NCBI RefSeq assembly: GCF_902713615.1
Contig: NW_024055497.1
Coordinates: forward strand, 1,458,420-1,522,419
Direction: 5' to 3'
Length of the DNA stretch: 64,000 nt
Source: Scyliorhinus canicula
Lineage: Eukaryota
Part shown: in pieces, positions 1 to 10,610 of the stretch
Layout: every line of letters begins with the position of its first letter
How positions within the stretch are numbered: the stretch's first letter is position 1
Position numbers and translations under genes: made by a program
Notes under the pieces: generated by a model
Seen by the model: the letters and a program-made list of their open reading frames with translations, nothing else
What the model was told of the DNA's origin: nothing
Database searches by the model: none

Positions 1-292
1 TGTTGTGCCGAGCAATGATCACCCTACTCAAGCCCACGTATCCACCCTATACCAGTAACCCAACAACCCCCATTAACCTTATTTTTAGGACACTAAGGCA
101 ATTTAGCCTGGCCAATCCACCTAATCCGCACATCTTTGGACTGTGGGAGGAAACCGGAGCACCGGGAGGAAACCCACGCACACACGGGGAGGACGTGCAG
201 ACTCCACACAGACAGTGACCCAGCCGGGAATCGAACCTGGGACCCTGGAGCTGTGAAGCATTTATGCTAACCACCATGCTACCCTGTTGCCC
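1..292 (-). mobile_element. tRNA-derived SINE (HE1-like elasmobranch family), truncated by window start
   Basis: Minus strand starts gggcaacagggtagcatggtggttagc with B-box ggttcgattccc; near-identical to copies at 38281 and 43375. Confidence 0.85.
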
Positions 293-480
293 ACTGATAA
301 CTGATAACATTCTGAATGGTGAGCAATTCTAATGCAGCTCTTACATCAGAATGAAACACAAACTACATGGCAGTAAATTAGAAGTTATTCGGTGCTTTGT
401 ACTAACTTCAGTAAATTCCTGATTTGGATTAACATCAGAGTGCAGGATGATTTATTGTTTCCTCTGTGTGTGTCTCTTAC

Positions 481-792
481 CAGACGCGGTGATGTTCAGA
501 CTTTGGGTGACCTCTTGATGAGTGACCTGGCAGGTATAGACCGCTTTGCTGAACCATTCCCCAGCAGAGACTGTCAGCCGACTGCTCGCCGAGAAGTTCC
601 CGTTCACTTCACAGGCGGGAGAGGTGACAATTCCTGAACCCATGGCTTGTCCATTCTTCAGCCACTTCACGTTAATCGAGTTTGGACGGAAATCGTTGAT
701 TGAGCAGACGATGGTAGCAAATTTCTGTCTTGAGATTTCTTCATTGGAACTCACGGTGAGGAGAACATTCGGATGGATGTAATTTCCACCAC
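481..792 (-). CDS. IGHM: IgM heavy-chain constant exon Cmu2 (CH2)
   Basis: Acceptor ...tttttgaag| at 794-793 and donor |gtaaga at 480; 312 nt, phase 1 at both ends. Translation [47 protein letters not shown]...[19 protein letters not shown] has the C1-set Cys/Trp/Cys core and resembles shark IgM CH2. Confidence 0.95.
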
Positions 793-996
793 CTTCAAAA
801 ACACAAGTTAACATTTCTTGCAGAAGATCTTGTAACAAATAAAATGATTTATTATGTTTTAACTGTTTATCTGCAGTCAATATTTTTCGCCAAGAATCAG
901 AACTATGCAGAGTACCATAAATGTATCATAAATAACCAAAGTTGTAAATTAAATAATCAAAGCGGTTCTGTTTGTCACAGGTTCCACAATACTTAC

Positions 997-1296
997 ATGG
1001 CATTTCAATACTCTTGTCTGAGCCGCTGTGTCGAACCTCACAGCTGATTTTGCTGCATCCCCCCTCTGACTCGGTGATGGTTAACTGGCTGCTCAGGGTG
1101 TAGGTTCCCTTCTTGTTTCTCACTGACGGGTATTTCTTAACTCCAGTGGTGATCAGCTGCCCATCTTTCTTCCAGGTAAGGCTGGTGATTTCTGGGGAGT
1201 AGTCCATCGCCAAACAGCCAACGGTTACGGAGCCGTCGGTGTTGTGTTGCTGGCAGGAGGAGACCAGGCTGTAGAGAGTGGGCGGAGACGGTGTCG
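997..1296 (-). CDS. IGHM: IgM heavy-chain constant exon Cmu1 (CH1)
   Basis: Acceptor ...ttctctcccag| at 1298-1297 and donor |gtaagt at 996; 300 nt. (A)[45 protein letters not shown]...[17 protein letters not shown](C) is typical shark IgM CH1 and splices in frame to JH and Cmu2. Confidence 0.95.
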
Positions 1297-1796
1297 CTGG
1301 GAGAGAATGGCCCATTCAACAAGTTAGACTCTGGTATTCGTGATTTATAAGTAACCAAGCATTTCATAATTTGACTAGTACTATCCTAACATTTACCGAT
1401 TTAATCATACATCCACATCGAATCTTCAATCAGTTCTATCGTTGGGATTCATCTACTTTTTGCCCCCTCTTTAGAAACCCACATTTCTTTCTCCGTCTCT
1501 ATCGAAAGAAACACATTTTGATGTAATCTGAATGGTGTAACGTTCACTGGATTGAAAGAGAGGAGCAGAGCGTTTTCCCCATTATTTCAGCCACCATGTC
1601 ATATAAAATGTGAATGAGGCCATAGTCCCGGAGACTGCCCTCTCCTTCTGAGAGCTGACTGATGGTGATTTAACCTGAGGGTCACCACACCTCAGGCGAG
1701 GGGCAAGGTTGAGAATGGGGGTCTTTATGAATAACCTCAGCCGGTGCAGCAATTGAACCCGCGCTGTTGGGATTGATCTTCATCACGAACCAGCCG

Positions 1797-2232
1797 TCCG
1801 CTAACTGAGCTGTGTACGTCACAATCCAGCTAACTGAGCTGTGTACGTTCACAAACCAGCTGACTGAGCTGTGTACGTCACAATCCAGCTAACTGAGCTG
1901 TGTACGTCACAATCCAGCTAACTGAGCTGTGCACGTCATAATTCAGCTAACTGAGCTGTGTACGTCACAATCCAGCTAACTGAGCTGTGTACGTCACAAT
2001 CCACCTAACTGAGCTGTGTACGTCACAATCCAGCTAACTGAGCTGTGTACGTCGCAATCCAGCTAACTGAGCTGTGTACGTCACAATCCAGCTAACTGAG
2101 ATGTTTACGTCACAATCCAGCTAACTGGGCTGTGTACGTCACAATCCAGCTAACTGAGCTGTGTACGTCACAATCCAGCTAACTGAACTGAGTACGTCAC
2201 AATCCAGCTAACTGACCTGTGTACGTCACAAT
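1797..2232. repeat. 29-bp tandem array, ~15 copies (ccagctaactgagctgtgtacgtcacaat)
   Basis: Read directly; 24 AGCT motifs counted. It abuts and resembles the tRNA-like 5' end of a minus-strand SINE fragment at ~1620-1810. Confidence 0.95.
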
Positions 2233-2336
2233 CAACAGCACTTTGTGATAAAGAAGTTGTCTCTTCATTTGTATCTTTGCAGTTTGGGAAATTCCCTTTG
2301 TTCAAACTGACTGATGCCCCCTCCTCTCTCCACCTC

Positions 2337-2548
2337 AGTACCCCCACTCCCCAAACCAGAGAATAGTGACTTTGCTTGAAAAATACCATCGGAACGCACA
2401 TTAATATAATTACAACAAAACTCTAAATTTGAGTAAGCCCCAGAGTAAGTACCCCCACTCCCCAAACCAGAGAATAGTGACTTTGCTTGAAAAATACCAT
2501 CGGAACGCACATTAATATAATTACAACAAAACTCTAAATTTGAGTAAG
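2337..2548 (+). repeat. Tandem duplication of ~100 bp (offset ~111 bp)
   Basis: agtacccccactccccaaaccagagaatagtgac...ctctaaatttgagtaag occurs at ~2337-2437 and ~2448-2548. Confidence 0.9.
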
Positions 2549-2729
2549 CGCAACATTCTCTAATTTTAGGATCATGAACATGAACAGCGGGAGTCGGCCA
2601 TTCTGCCCGTCGAGCCTACTCCCCCATTCAATAAGATCCTGGCTGTGCTGATTGTGCTGCTAACTCCACATTCCGCCTTTCACTAAGACCGGGCTGTCTG
2701 CAATCCCCCCCCCCCCCCCCCCCCCCCCC

Positions 2730-3662
2730 CCGTGCTCTCTGAGCGTTCCCCCATTTTTCTGCAGTTCCCGCTGGATCTCTGCACCATTCGCCTGCTCCCA
2801 TCACTTTCTAGCAGTTCTCGGCTCTTTTCCACGACTCTCAGCACTTTCCCTCGACTTTGCATTTTTTTCCGGCTCATTGTGTTTTTCCCATGTGCGCTGC
2901 ACTTTTCCCAGTTCTTTGGGCTTTTCCCGGTTCCTGACACATTCCGGGGGCCCTTTGAGCCCTTCGCTAGCACTGTGCGCTTTACCCCGATTCTTATCGC
3001 TTATCGCCCACTCCATGGACTTTCTACCGGTTCTCTGCGCCTTCCCCCGGTTCTCTACACTTCTCCCGGCTCTGCACCGTTCCCGGCTCCCTGCACTTAC
3101 CCCGGCTCCCTGCTCATTCCCCAGGCTCTCTGCACTCCCCCTGGCTCTGTGCCCCTTCCCCCGGCTCTGTGCGCCTTCCCCCGGCTCTCTGCACCATCCC
3201 CGGGCTCTCTGCACATTCCTCCGGCTCTGTGTCCCTTCCCCCGGCTCTCTACATTTCTCCCGGCTCTGCACCGTTCCCGGCTTCCTGCACTTCCCCCGGC
3301 TCTCTGCTCATTCCCCACGCTCTGCACTTCCCCTGGCTCTCTGCCCCTTCCCCCGGCTCTCTGCGCCTTCCCCCGGCTCTCTCTGCACTTTCCTCCAGCT
3401 CTCTGCCCCTTCCCCCGGATTTCTACACTTTCCCCGGCTCTCTGTGCCTTCTCCTGGCTCCCTGCCCTTCCCCCGGCTCTCTACACTTTCCTCCCCCTGT
3501 CTACACTATCCTCCGGCTCTCTGCGCTTTTCCCCGGCTCTCTACACTTTCCTCCGGCTCTCTGCACTTCCCCCCGACTCTCTGCCCCTTCCCCCGGACTC
3601 TCTGCCCCTTCCCCCGGCTCTCTGCGCCATCCCCCGGCTCTCTGCACTTTCCTCCGGCTCCC
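2730..3662. repeat. Degenerate ~20-bp minisatellite, C/T-rich on plus and G/A-rich on minus (ccccggctctctgcgccttc)
   Basis: Read directly; explains the long low-complexity ORFs in several frames at 2732-3742. Confidence 0.9.
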
Positions 3663-3724
3663 GGCAATCCCGTGTCAGGCAGCCACATTCGAGCGCCACT
3701 TGTCTTCAGTTCTCGCTCCTGAGC

Positions 3725-6700
3725 ATGCGTGAGAAAGGATGAGTGAGTAACCGAGTGAGGGTCGGGGAATAAGTATGGGTGAGTGAGTTGGGTGATTGAG
3801 GATGTATGAATGTTGGTAAGTGAGAGATCAGGGGTGAGTGACTGAGTGAGGGTAAATGGGTGAGGCTGTGTCACCGAGGCCGAATGAGTCAGGGTGGGTG
3901 AGGGAGAGTGAGTGAGACGCAGAGAATGAATGACGCTGGGTGAGTGAGGTTGTGTAGTGAGAGTCAGTGAAGGTCAGTGAGGATGGTTGGGTGAGTCAGG
4001 GTGTGTGAGTGGCGGAGAATGAGTGTGGGTGGGTGAGCGAGGGTATATGTATGATGGTGGTTGAGTGAGTGAGGGTGAGTGAGGGGATGGATGTGGGTGG
4101 ATGAGGGTGTGTGAGTGAATGAGTTTGGGTGTGTGAGTGAGGGTGAATTAGCGTGCGTGAATGAGTGAGTGTGGGTGAGTAAGAGTGAGTGAGGTTGAGG
4201 GAGTAAATGAGAGTGAGTGGTAGTGGGTGACAGAGGGTAGGTGCGTCTGGTGAGGGTGGCTGAATAAGGGTGTATGAGGGAATGTGGATGAGTGAGGGTG
4301 TGTGCGTGAGGATCTGTGAGTGAAGGCGTGTGGAAGAGGGTGGGTGCCAGTCTTTGTAAGTGAGGATGAATAGGTGAGGCTGGGTGAGTAAGTATGAATG
4401 AGTCAGTGTGGGTGTGTGAGGGAGGATTAGAGAGCGATGGTGGGTTGGAGGGTGAGGGAGTGAGTGTGGCCGAATTAGGGTGGGTGATGGTATTTGAGTG
4501 AGGGGGAGCGAGAATGTGTAAGTGAGGGTGGATTACTGAATGAGGGTATGTGGGAATGCGTGAGGGTGGGTGAGTGAATAGGGGTAGGTAAGCGAGTGGG
4601 AGTGGGTGAGGGTGTGTGATTTAGGGTTACGAGTTAGGTTGGGCATGTAAGAATGAGTCAATGAGGGTGAGTGAGTGATGTTGAATGCGGATGGGTGAGT
4701 GTGTGTGTGTGAGGGCGTGTGAGTGAGGGTAGGAGAGTGAGGGTGTGTGTGTGAGGGTGTGTGAGTGAGAGTGTGTCAGGGTGGGTGAGTGTGTGTGTGT
4801 CAGGGTGAGTGAGTGAGTGTGTGTCAAGGAGGGTGGGTGAGTGAGAGTGTGTCAGGGCGGATGGGTCAGTGAGAGTGTGTCAGGGAGGGTGGGTGAGTGA
4901 GTGTGTGTCAGGGAGCATGGGTGACTGAGAGTGTTTCAGGGAGGGTGGGTCAGTGAGGGTGTGTCAGGGAGGGTGGGTGGGTGAAAGTGTGTCAGGGAGG
5001 GTGTGTGAGTGAGGGTGGGTGAGTGAGGGTGGGTGAGTGACAGTGTGTCAGGGTGGGTGTGTGAGTGAGGGTGGGTGAGTGAGGGTGGGTGAGTGAGGGT
5101 AGGTGAGTGACAGTGTGTCAGAGAGGGTGTGTGAGTGAGAGTGTGTGAGTGAGGGTGGGTGAGTGAGGGTGGGTGAGTGACAGTGTGTCAGGGAGGGTGC
5201 GTGAGTGAGAGTGTGTCAGGGTGGATGGGTCAGTGAGGGCGGGTGAGTGAGGGTGGGTGAGTGAGTGAGTGTGAAGGAGGATGGGTGAGTGAGAGTGTGT
5301 CAGGGAGGGTGGATGAATGAGAGCGTGGCAGGGAGGGTGTGTGAGGGTGTGTGAGTGAGAGTGTGTCAGGGTGGGTGGGTCAGGGAGGGTGGGTGAGTGA
5401 GAGTGTGTCAGGGAGGGTAGATGAATGAGAGTGTGTCAGGGAGGGTGGGTGAGTGAGTGTGTGTCAGGGAGCGTGGGTGACTGAGAGTGTTTCAGGGAGG
5501 GTGGGTCAGTGGGGGGGGTGTCAGGGAGGGTGGGTGGGTGAAAGTGTGTCAGGGAGGGTGGGTGAGTGAGGGTGGGTGAGTGAGGGTAGGTGAGTGACAG
5601 TGTGTCAGGGTGTGTGTGTGAGTGAGGGTGGGTGAGTGAGGGTGGGTGAGTGAGGGTAGGTGAGTGACAGTGTGTCAGGGAGGGTGTGTGAGTGAGAGTG
5701 TGTGAGTGAGGGTGGGTGAGTGAGGGTGGGTGAGTGACAGTGTGTCAGGGAGGGTGCGTGAGTGAGAGTGTGTCAGGGTGGGTGAGTGAGAGTGTGTCAG
5801 GGAGGGTGGGTGAGTGAGAATGTGTCAGTGATGGTGGGGGTGCGTGTGTGTGTCAGGGAGGGTGGGTGAGTGAGAGTGTGTCAGGGAGGGTGGATGAATG
5901 AGAGTGTGGCAGGGAGGGTGTGTGAGGGTGTGTGAGTGAGTGTGTCAGGGTGGGTGGGTCAGTGAGGGTGGATGAGTGAGGGTGGGTGAGTGAGAGCGTG
6001 TCAGGCAGGGTGGGTGAGAGAGAGTCCATCAGGGAGGGTGTGACAGTGAGTGTGAGTGAGTGAGTGTGTGTCAGAGAGGGTGGGTGAATGTGTGTGTGTC
6101 AGGGAGGGTGGGTGAGTGAGAGTGTGTCAGGGAGGGTGGGTGTGTGAGAGTGTGTCAGGGAGGGTGTGTGTGTGAGAGTGTGTCAGGGAGGGTGGGTGAG
6201 TGTGTGTGTGTCAGGGAGGGTGGGTGAGTGAGTGTGTGTCAGGGAGGGTGGGTGTGTGAGAGTGTGTCAGGGAGGGTGGGTGAGTGAGACTGTGTCAGGG
6301 AGGGTGGGTGAGTGAGAGTGTCAGAGAGGGTGGGTGAGGGAGAGTGTGTCAGGGAGGGTGGGTGAGTGTGTGTGTGTCAGAGAGGGTGGGTGAATGTGTG
6401 TGTGTCAGGGAGGGTGGGTGAGTGAGAGTGTGTCAGGGAGTGTGGGTGTGTGAGAGTGTGTCAGGGAGGGTGGGTGAGTGAGACTGTGTCAGGGAGGGTG
6501 GGTGAGTGAGAGTGTGTCAGGGAGGGTGGGTGTGTGAGAGTGTGTCAGGGAGGGTGGGTGAGTGTGTGTGTGTCAGGGAGGGTGGGTGAGTGAGAGTGTG
6601 TCAGGGAGGGTGGGTGTGTGAGAGTGTGTCAGGGAGGGTGGGTGAGTGAGAGTGTGTCAGAGAGGGTGGGTGAGGGAGAGTGTGTCAGGGAGGGTGGGTG

Positions 6701-7170
6701 AGTGTGTGTGTGTCAGGGAGGGTGGGTGAGTGAGAGTGTGTCAGGGAGGGTGGGTGTGTGAGCGTGTGTCAGGGAGGGTGGGTGAGTGAGACTATGTCAG
6801 GGAGGGTGGGTGAGTGAGAGTGTGTCAGGGAGGGTGGGTGGGTGGGAGTGTGTCAGGGAGGTTGGGTGAGTGTGTGTGGGTCAGGGTGTGTGTGTGTGAG
6901 TGATGGTGTGTCAAGGAGGGTGCCTGAGTGAGCGTGGGTGATTGAGAATGTGTCAGAGAGGGTGGGTGAGTGAGGATGAGTGAGTGACCGTGGGTGAGAG
7001 GGTGGGTGTGAGGGTGGTTAAGGAAAGGTTTATCATTGAGGATGGGTGCGTGAGGGTCAATGAGTGATGGCGAGTGAGTGTATGTGAATGAGTGAAGACA
7101 GGTGAGGGTAAGTGAATGAGTGAAGATAGGTGAGTGAGGGCGAGTGAGTGAGTGAGTGAGTGAGTGACCG
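3725..7170. repeat. 3.4-kb G/T-rich simple-sequence array (gagtgagggtgggt / gtgtgtcagggagggtgggtgagtgaga)
   Basis: Read directly; strong G-over-C skew on plus; most homogeneous at ~4750-6900. Confidence 0.95.
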
Positions 7171-7367
7171 TGGCTGAGTGATCATTCCCAGGTTCTCCCA
7201 GCCCATTAGGACGATGTTTCTCTGGATGAGTTTCTGCTCAGGCTCAACTTCCTGTTGCCTGTTGTCCACAGCCGAGCTGGGGGCTCCTCCATTCGGCTCC
7301 ACCACCCCCACCTCCTCCTCTTGTTCTCCATCCATCCTGTTCTGATTCTCCACATTGATCAGCTTTT

Positions 7368-7620
7368 AGTAACACCGGCTGTGTACAGTCAGACAGCAGT
7401 GTAGATCACTGGGCAGCTGCTTTAATACTTTCAGTAATACCGGCTGTGTACAGTCAGACAGCAGTGTAGATCACTGGGCAGCTGCTTTAATACTGTCAGT
7501 AACACCGGCTGTGTAAAGTCAGACAGCAGTGTAGATCACTGGACAGCTACTTTAATACTTTCAGTAACACCGGCTGTGTACAGTCAGACAGCAGTGTAGA
7601 TCACTGGGCAGCTGCTTTAA
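7368..7620 (+). repeat. 65-bp tandem repeat, ~3.8 copies
   Basis: Units start at 7371, 7436, 7501 and 7566 (aacaccggctgtgtacagtcagacagcagtgtagatcactgggcagctgctttaatac...). Confidence 0.9.
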
Positions 7621-7729
7621 TGCCGATGTAATTTCGTTTTTCACAAATAATTTAGAACTGGGACAATGATCATTCCTGCAACTTAATGGATTTTCATTTT
7701 GCAAATGGGATTTTTCTGCCTGTAAAATT

Positions 7730-8630
7730 CTTGCCATATTGTATCACGGAGAGTGTGTTCTGTTTATTCATTCTTGTGATGTAGGTGTCTCTGGCTGGGC
7801 CAGCATTTATTTTCCATCCCGCATTGCTTTGAGAAGGTGGCGAGCTTCCTTCTTTAACCAGTGTAGTCCATGTGGGGTTTCCCCGAGTCAGTTCCATGGT
7901 TTTGAACCAGCGGCAGTGAAGGAACGGGGATATATTTTATAGTCATGATGCTGAGTGACTTGGAGTTGAGCTTCCAGTTGGCGGTGTTCCCATGTGTCTG
8001 CTGTCCTTGTCCAGATGGCCGCTGCCATGGGTTTGGAAGGTGCTGCCTTAGGAGACATGATGAGCTTCTGCAGCGGATCTTTAGATGGTGGACAGGCTTT
8101 GGGGAGTCAGGAGATGAGTTTTTCACCGCAGGATTCCTCACCTTTGATCTGTTCTTCTGGCCTCAAAATGTATATGATTCGTCCAGATCACTTTCTGGTC
8201 CATGGTAACCTCCAGGAATTCAATGATGGTAATGCTATTGAATGTCAATGGGCGGTGGTTAGATCCGTTCTTACTGGAGATGGGCATTACCTTCGATTGG
8301 GTGACTTGACTGTTACCACTTGTCAGCCAGAACCTGATGTCGTCTCCGTGTTGCTTTATTTACACATAGATTTATTCAGTGACTGCACAGTTGCAAATTG
8401 TGCTGAGCTTGGTGCAATCATCTGAGAACAGTCCCAGTTCAGACATTATGATGAAAAGGTCATTGATGAATAAGCTGAAGATGGTTTGTCCGAGGATACT
8501 AGCCTGAAGACGTCTCGCAGTGATGTCCTGGAATTGAGATGATTAACCTCCAGCAATGGAATCCATCTACCTTGGTGCTGGTTATGACTCCAACCAGCGG
8601 AGATTGTTCTCCTGATTCCCATCATTCATT
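7730..8630 (-). mobile_element. Decayed non-LTR retrotransposon (CR1/L2-group) 3' fragment
   Basis: Similar to related decayed copies at ~18860-19550, ~23700-25180, ~48050-48490 and ~53020-53500; no intact ORF; clade assignment tentative. Confidence 0.55.
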
Positions 8631-8681
8631 CTTTGGTTGGGCTCCCCGATGCCACACGTTAAAATGATGCCTTGATTTGGC

Positions 8682-8990
8682 GGCCCTGTAGCACAGTGGT
8701 TAGCACTGTCGCTTCACAGCACCAGGGATCCGGGCTCGATTCCCACTTGGGTCATTGCCTGTGTGGAGTCTGCAGGTTCTCCCCGTGTCTACGTGGGTTT
8801 CCTCCGGGTGCTCCGGTTACCTCCCACAAGTCCCGAAAGACATCCTGTTAGGTGGTTTGGAGATTCTGAATTCTTCCTCGGTGTACCCGAACAGGCGCCA
8901 GAGTGTGGCGTGTCGGGGATTTTCACAGTGTCTTCATTGCAGTGTTAATGTGAGCCCACTTGTGACAATAATAAAGATTATTATTTTTAT
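8682..8990 (+). mobile_element. tRNA-derived SINE
   Basis: gtagcacagtggttagcactgtcgcttcacagc...gggtttcctccgggtgctccgg...; ends in a taataaagattatt-type tail. Confidence 0.8.
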
Positions 8991-8999
8991 GACTGATGT

Positions 9000-10610
9000 G
9001 AGATTCAGTCGCTCTCATCTGTGTATCTGAAAGTGTGTGCGTGTCTGAGTGTATGTGTGTGTGAGAGGGAGAGTGTGTTTGTGTCTATGTATGTGTCTGC
9101 ATGCATGCGAGAGATGGATCAAGAGAGTGGGAGAGAGAGTATACGTGTGAGTGTGTGTGAGAGAGAGTATCTCTGTGTGTCAGAGAATATCTGTGTGTGA
9201 GAGCGTCATTGTGTGTATTTGTGCGAGCGAGAGGTTGTGTGTGTATGAGGGAGCAAAATAGTGTCCACAGGAGAGAGACTGTGCGCAAAACTGTGTGAGA
9301 CAGCATGTATGTGAGATAGCATGTGCGCCAGACATGTGTGTGTAACAGAGCATATGTGTGAGAGAGCATGTGTGCAAGAGAGCATATGTGTGAGAGAGCA
9401 TGTGTGCAAGAGAGCATATGTGTGAGAGAGCATGCGTGAGAGAGCATGTGTGTGAGAGAAAGTGTGCACGAGACAGCATGTGTGCAAGAGAACATGTGTG
9501 AGAGCATGTGTGTGTGAGAGCATGTGTGTGTGAGAGCATGTGTGCGAGAGAGCATGAGTACGAGAGAGCATGTGAGTGAGAGAGCGTGTGTGCAAGCGGG
9601 AATGAGAGAGCATCAGTGTGAGAGAGTGAGTGTATGAGAGAGCGTGTGAGTGTGAGGGCATGTGTGTGAGGGAGCGTGTGTGCAAGAGAGCGTGAGTGTG
9701 AGAGATATGTGTGTGAGAGAGCGTGTGTGTGAAAACGCATGTGTGGGAGAGTATATGTGTAAGAGAGCATGTATGCAACAGAGCATGTGTGTGAGAAAGC
9801 ATGTGCGTGAGAGAGTATGTGAGTCAGCAAACATGAGTGTGAGTGAGTAAGTGAGTGAGAGAGTGTGTGCGAGAGAGTGTCAGAGCGCATGTGCATAAGA
9901 GAGCATGTATGCAAGAGAGGATATATGTGTGAGAGAGCAGGAGTACAAGAGAGCATGTGTGTGCGAGAGGCCGTGTGTGTAAGAGAGCGTGTGTGTGAGA
10001 GCGTGAGAGCGTCCGTGCGAGAGACCATGCACGTCAGAGTGTGTGTGTGAGAGAGCGTATGAGTGAGAGAGTGTATGTGTGAGAGAGCGAATATGTGAGA
10101 GAGCCTGTATGTGAGATAGCGTTTTGTGTGAGAGAGATGTGTGGGACAGAGCATGCGTGTGAACGAGCGTGTGTGCAAGAGATAATGTGTGCGAGAGTGC
10201 ATGTGTGTGAGTGTGTGTCTGCGAATGATTTTTTATGTGAGTGAGATTGGTAAAACTTGTAAGAGAGAGTGTGTGAGAGAGAGTGTGAGAGAGGGAGATT
10301 GCATGTGAAAGAGAGAGAGGAATAATGTGCCTGTGAATGGGTGAGAGCGAGTGACAGTCTGTTGGTGTGTGAGGGAGAGTTGTAGAGAGAGAAAGTTGGA
10401 GACAGTGAGTATGTAAGAGAATGAGAGAGTGAGGCAGTGCGTGTGTGTGACCGAGTGTGTGTGTGAGAGAGAGACTGTGTGTTTTTGAAGAGCTATTGTG
10501 TGTGAGAGTGTCTGTGAGAGAGAGTGTCTGTGTGTTTGAGGAATAGTCCGGGTTTGTGGGAGAGAGGGAGTGTGTGAGGGAGAAACAGTGTGCGCATGAG
10601 AGAGTATTTA
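9000..10610. repeat. Degenerate (GT/GA)n microsatellite array with gagagcatgtgtgt motif
   Basis: Read directly; source of the His/Thr/Leu/Ser-rich spurious ORFs at 9085-10626. Confidence 0.9.

Noticed and set aside
1797-2232. CRISPR-like appearance of the regular repeats
   Set aside because: Head-to-tail tandem units with no unique spacers, in a vertebrate genome.
2732-3742. Long ORFs of 156-336 aa in several frames
   Set aside because: Translations of the 20-bp minisatellite: low complexity and open on both strands.
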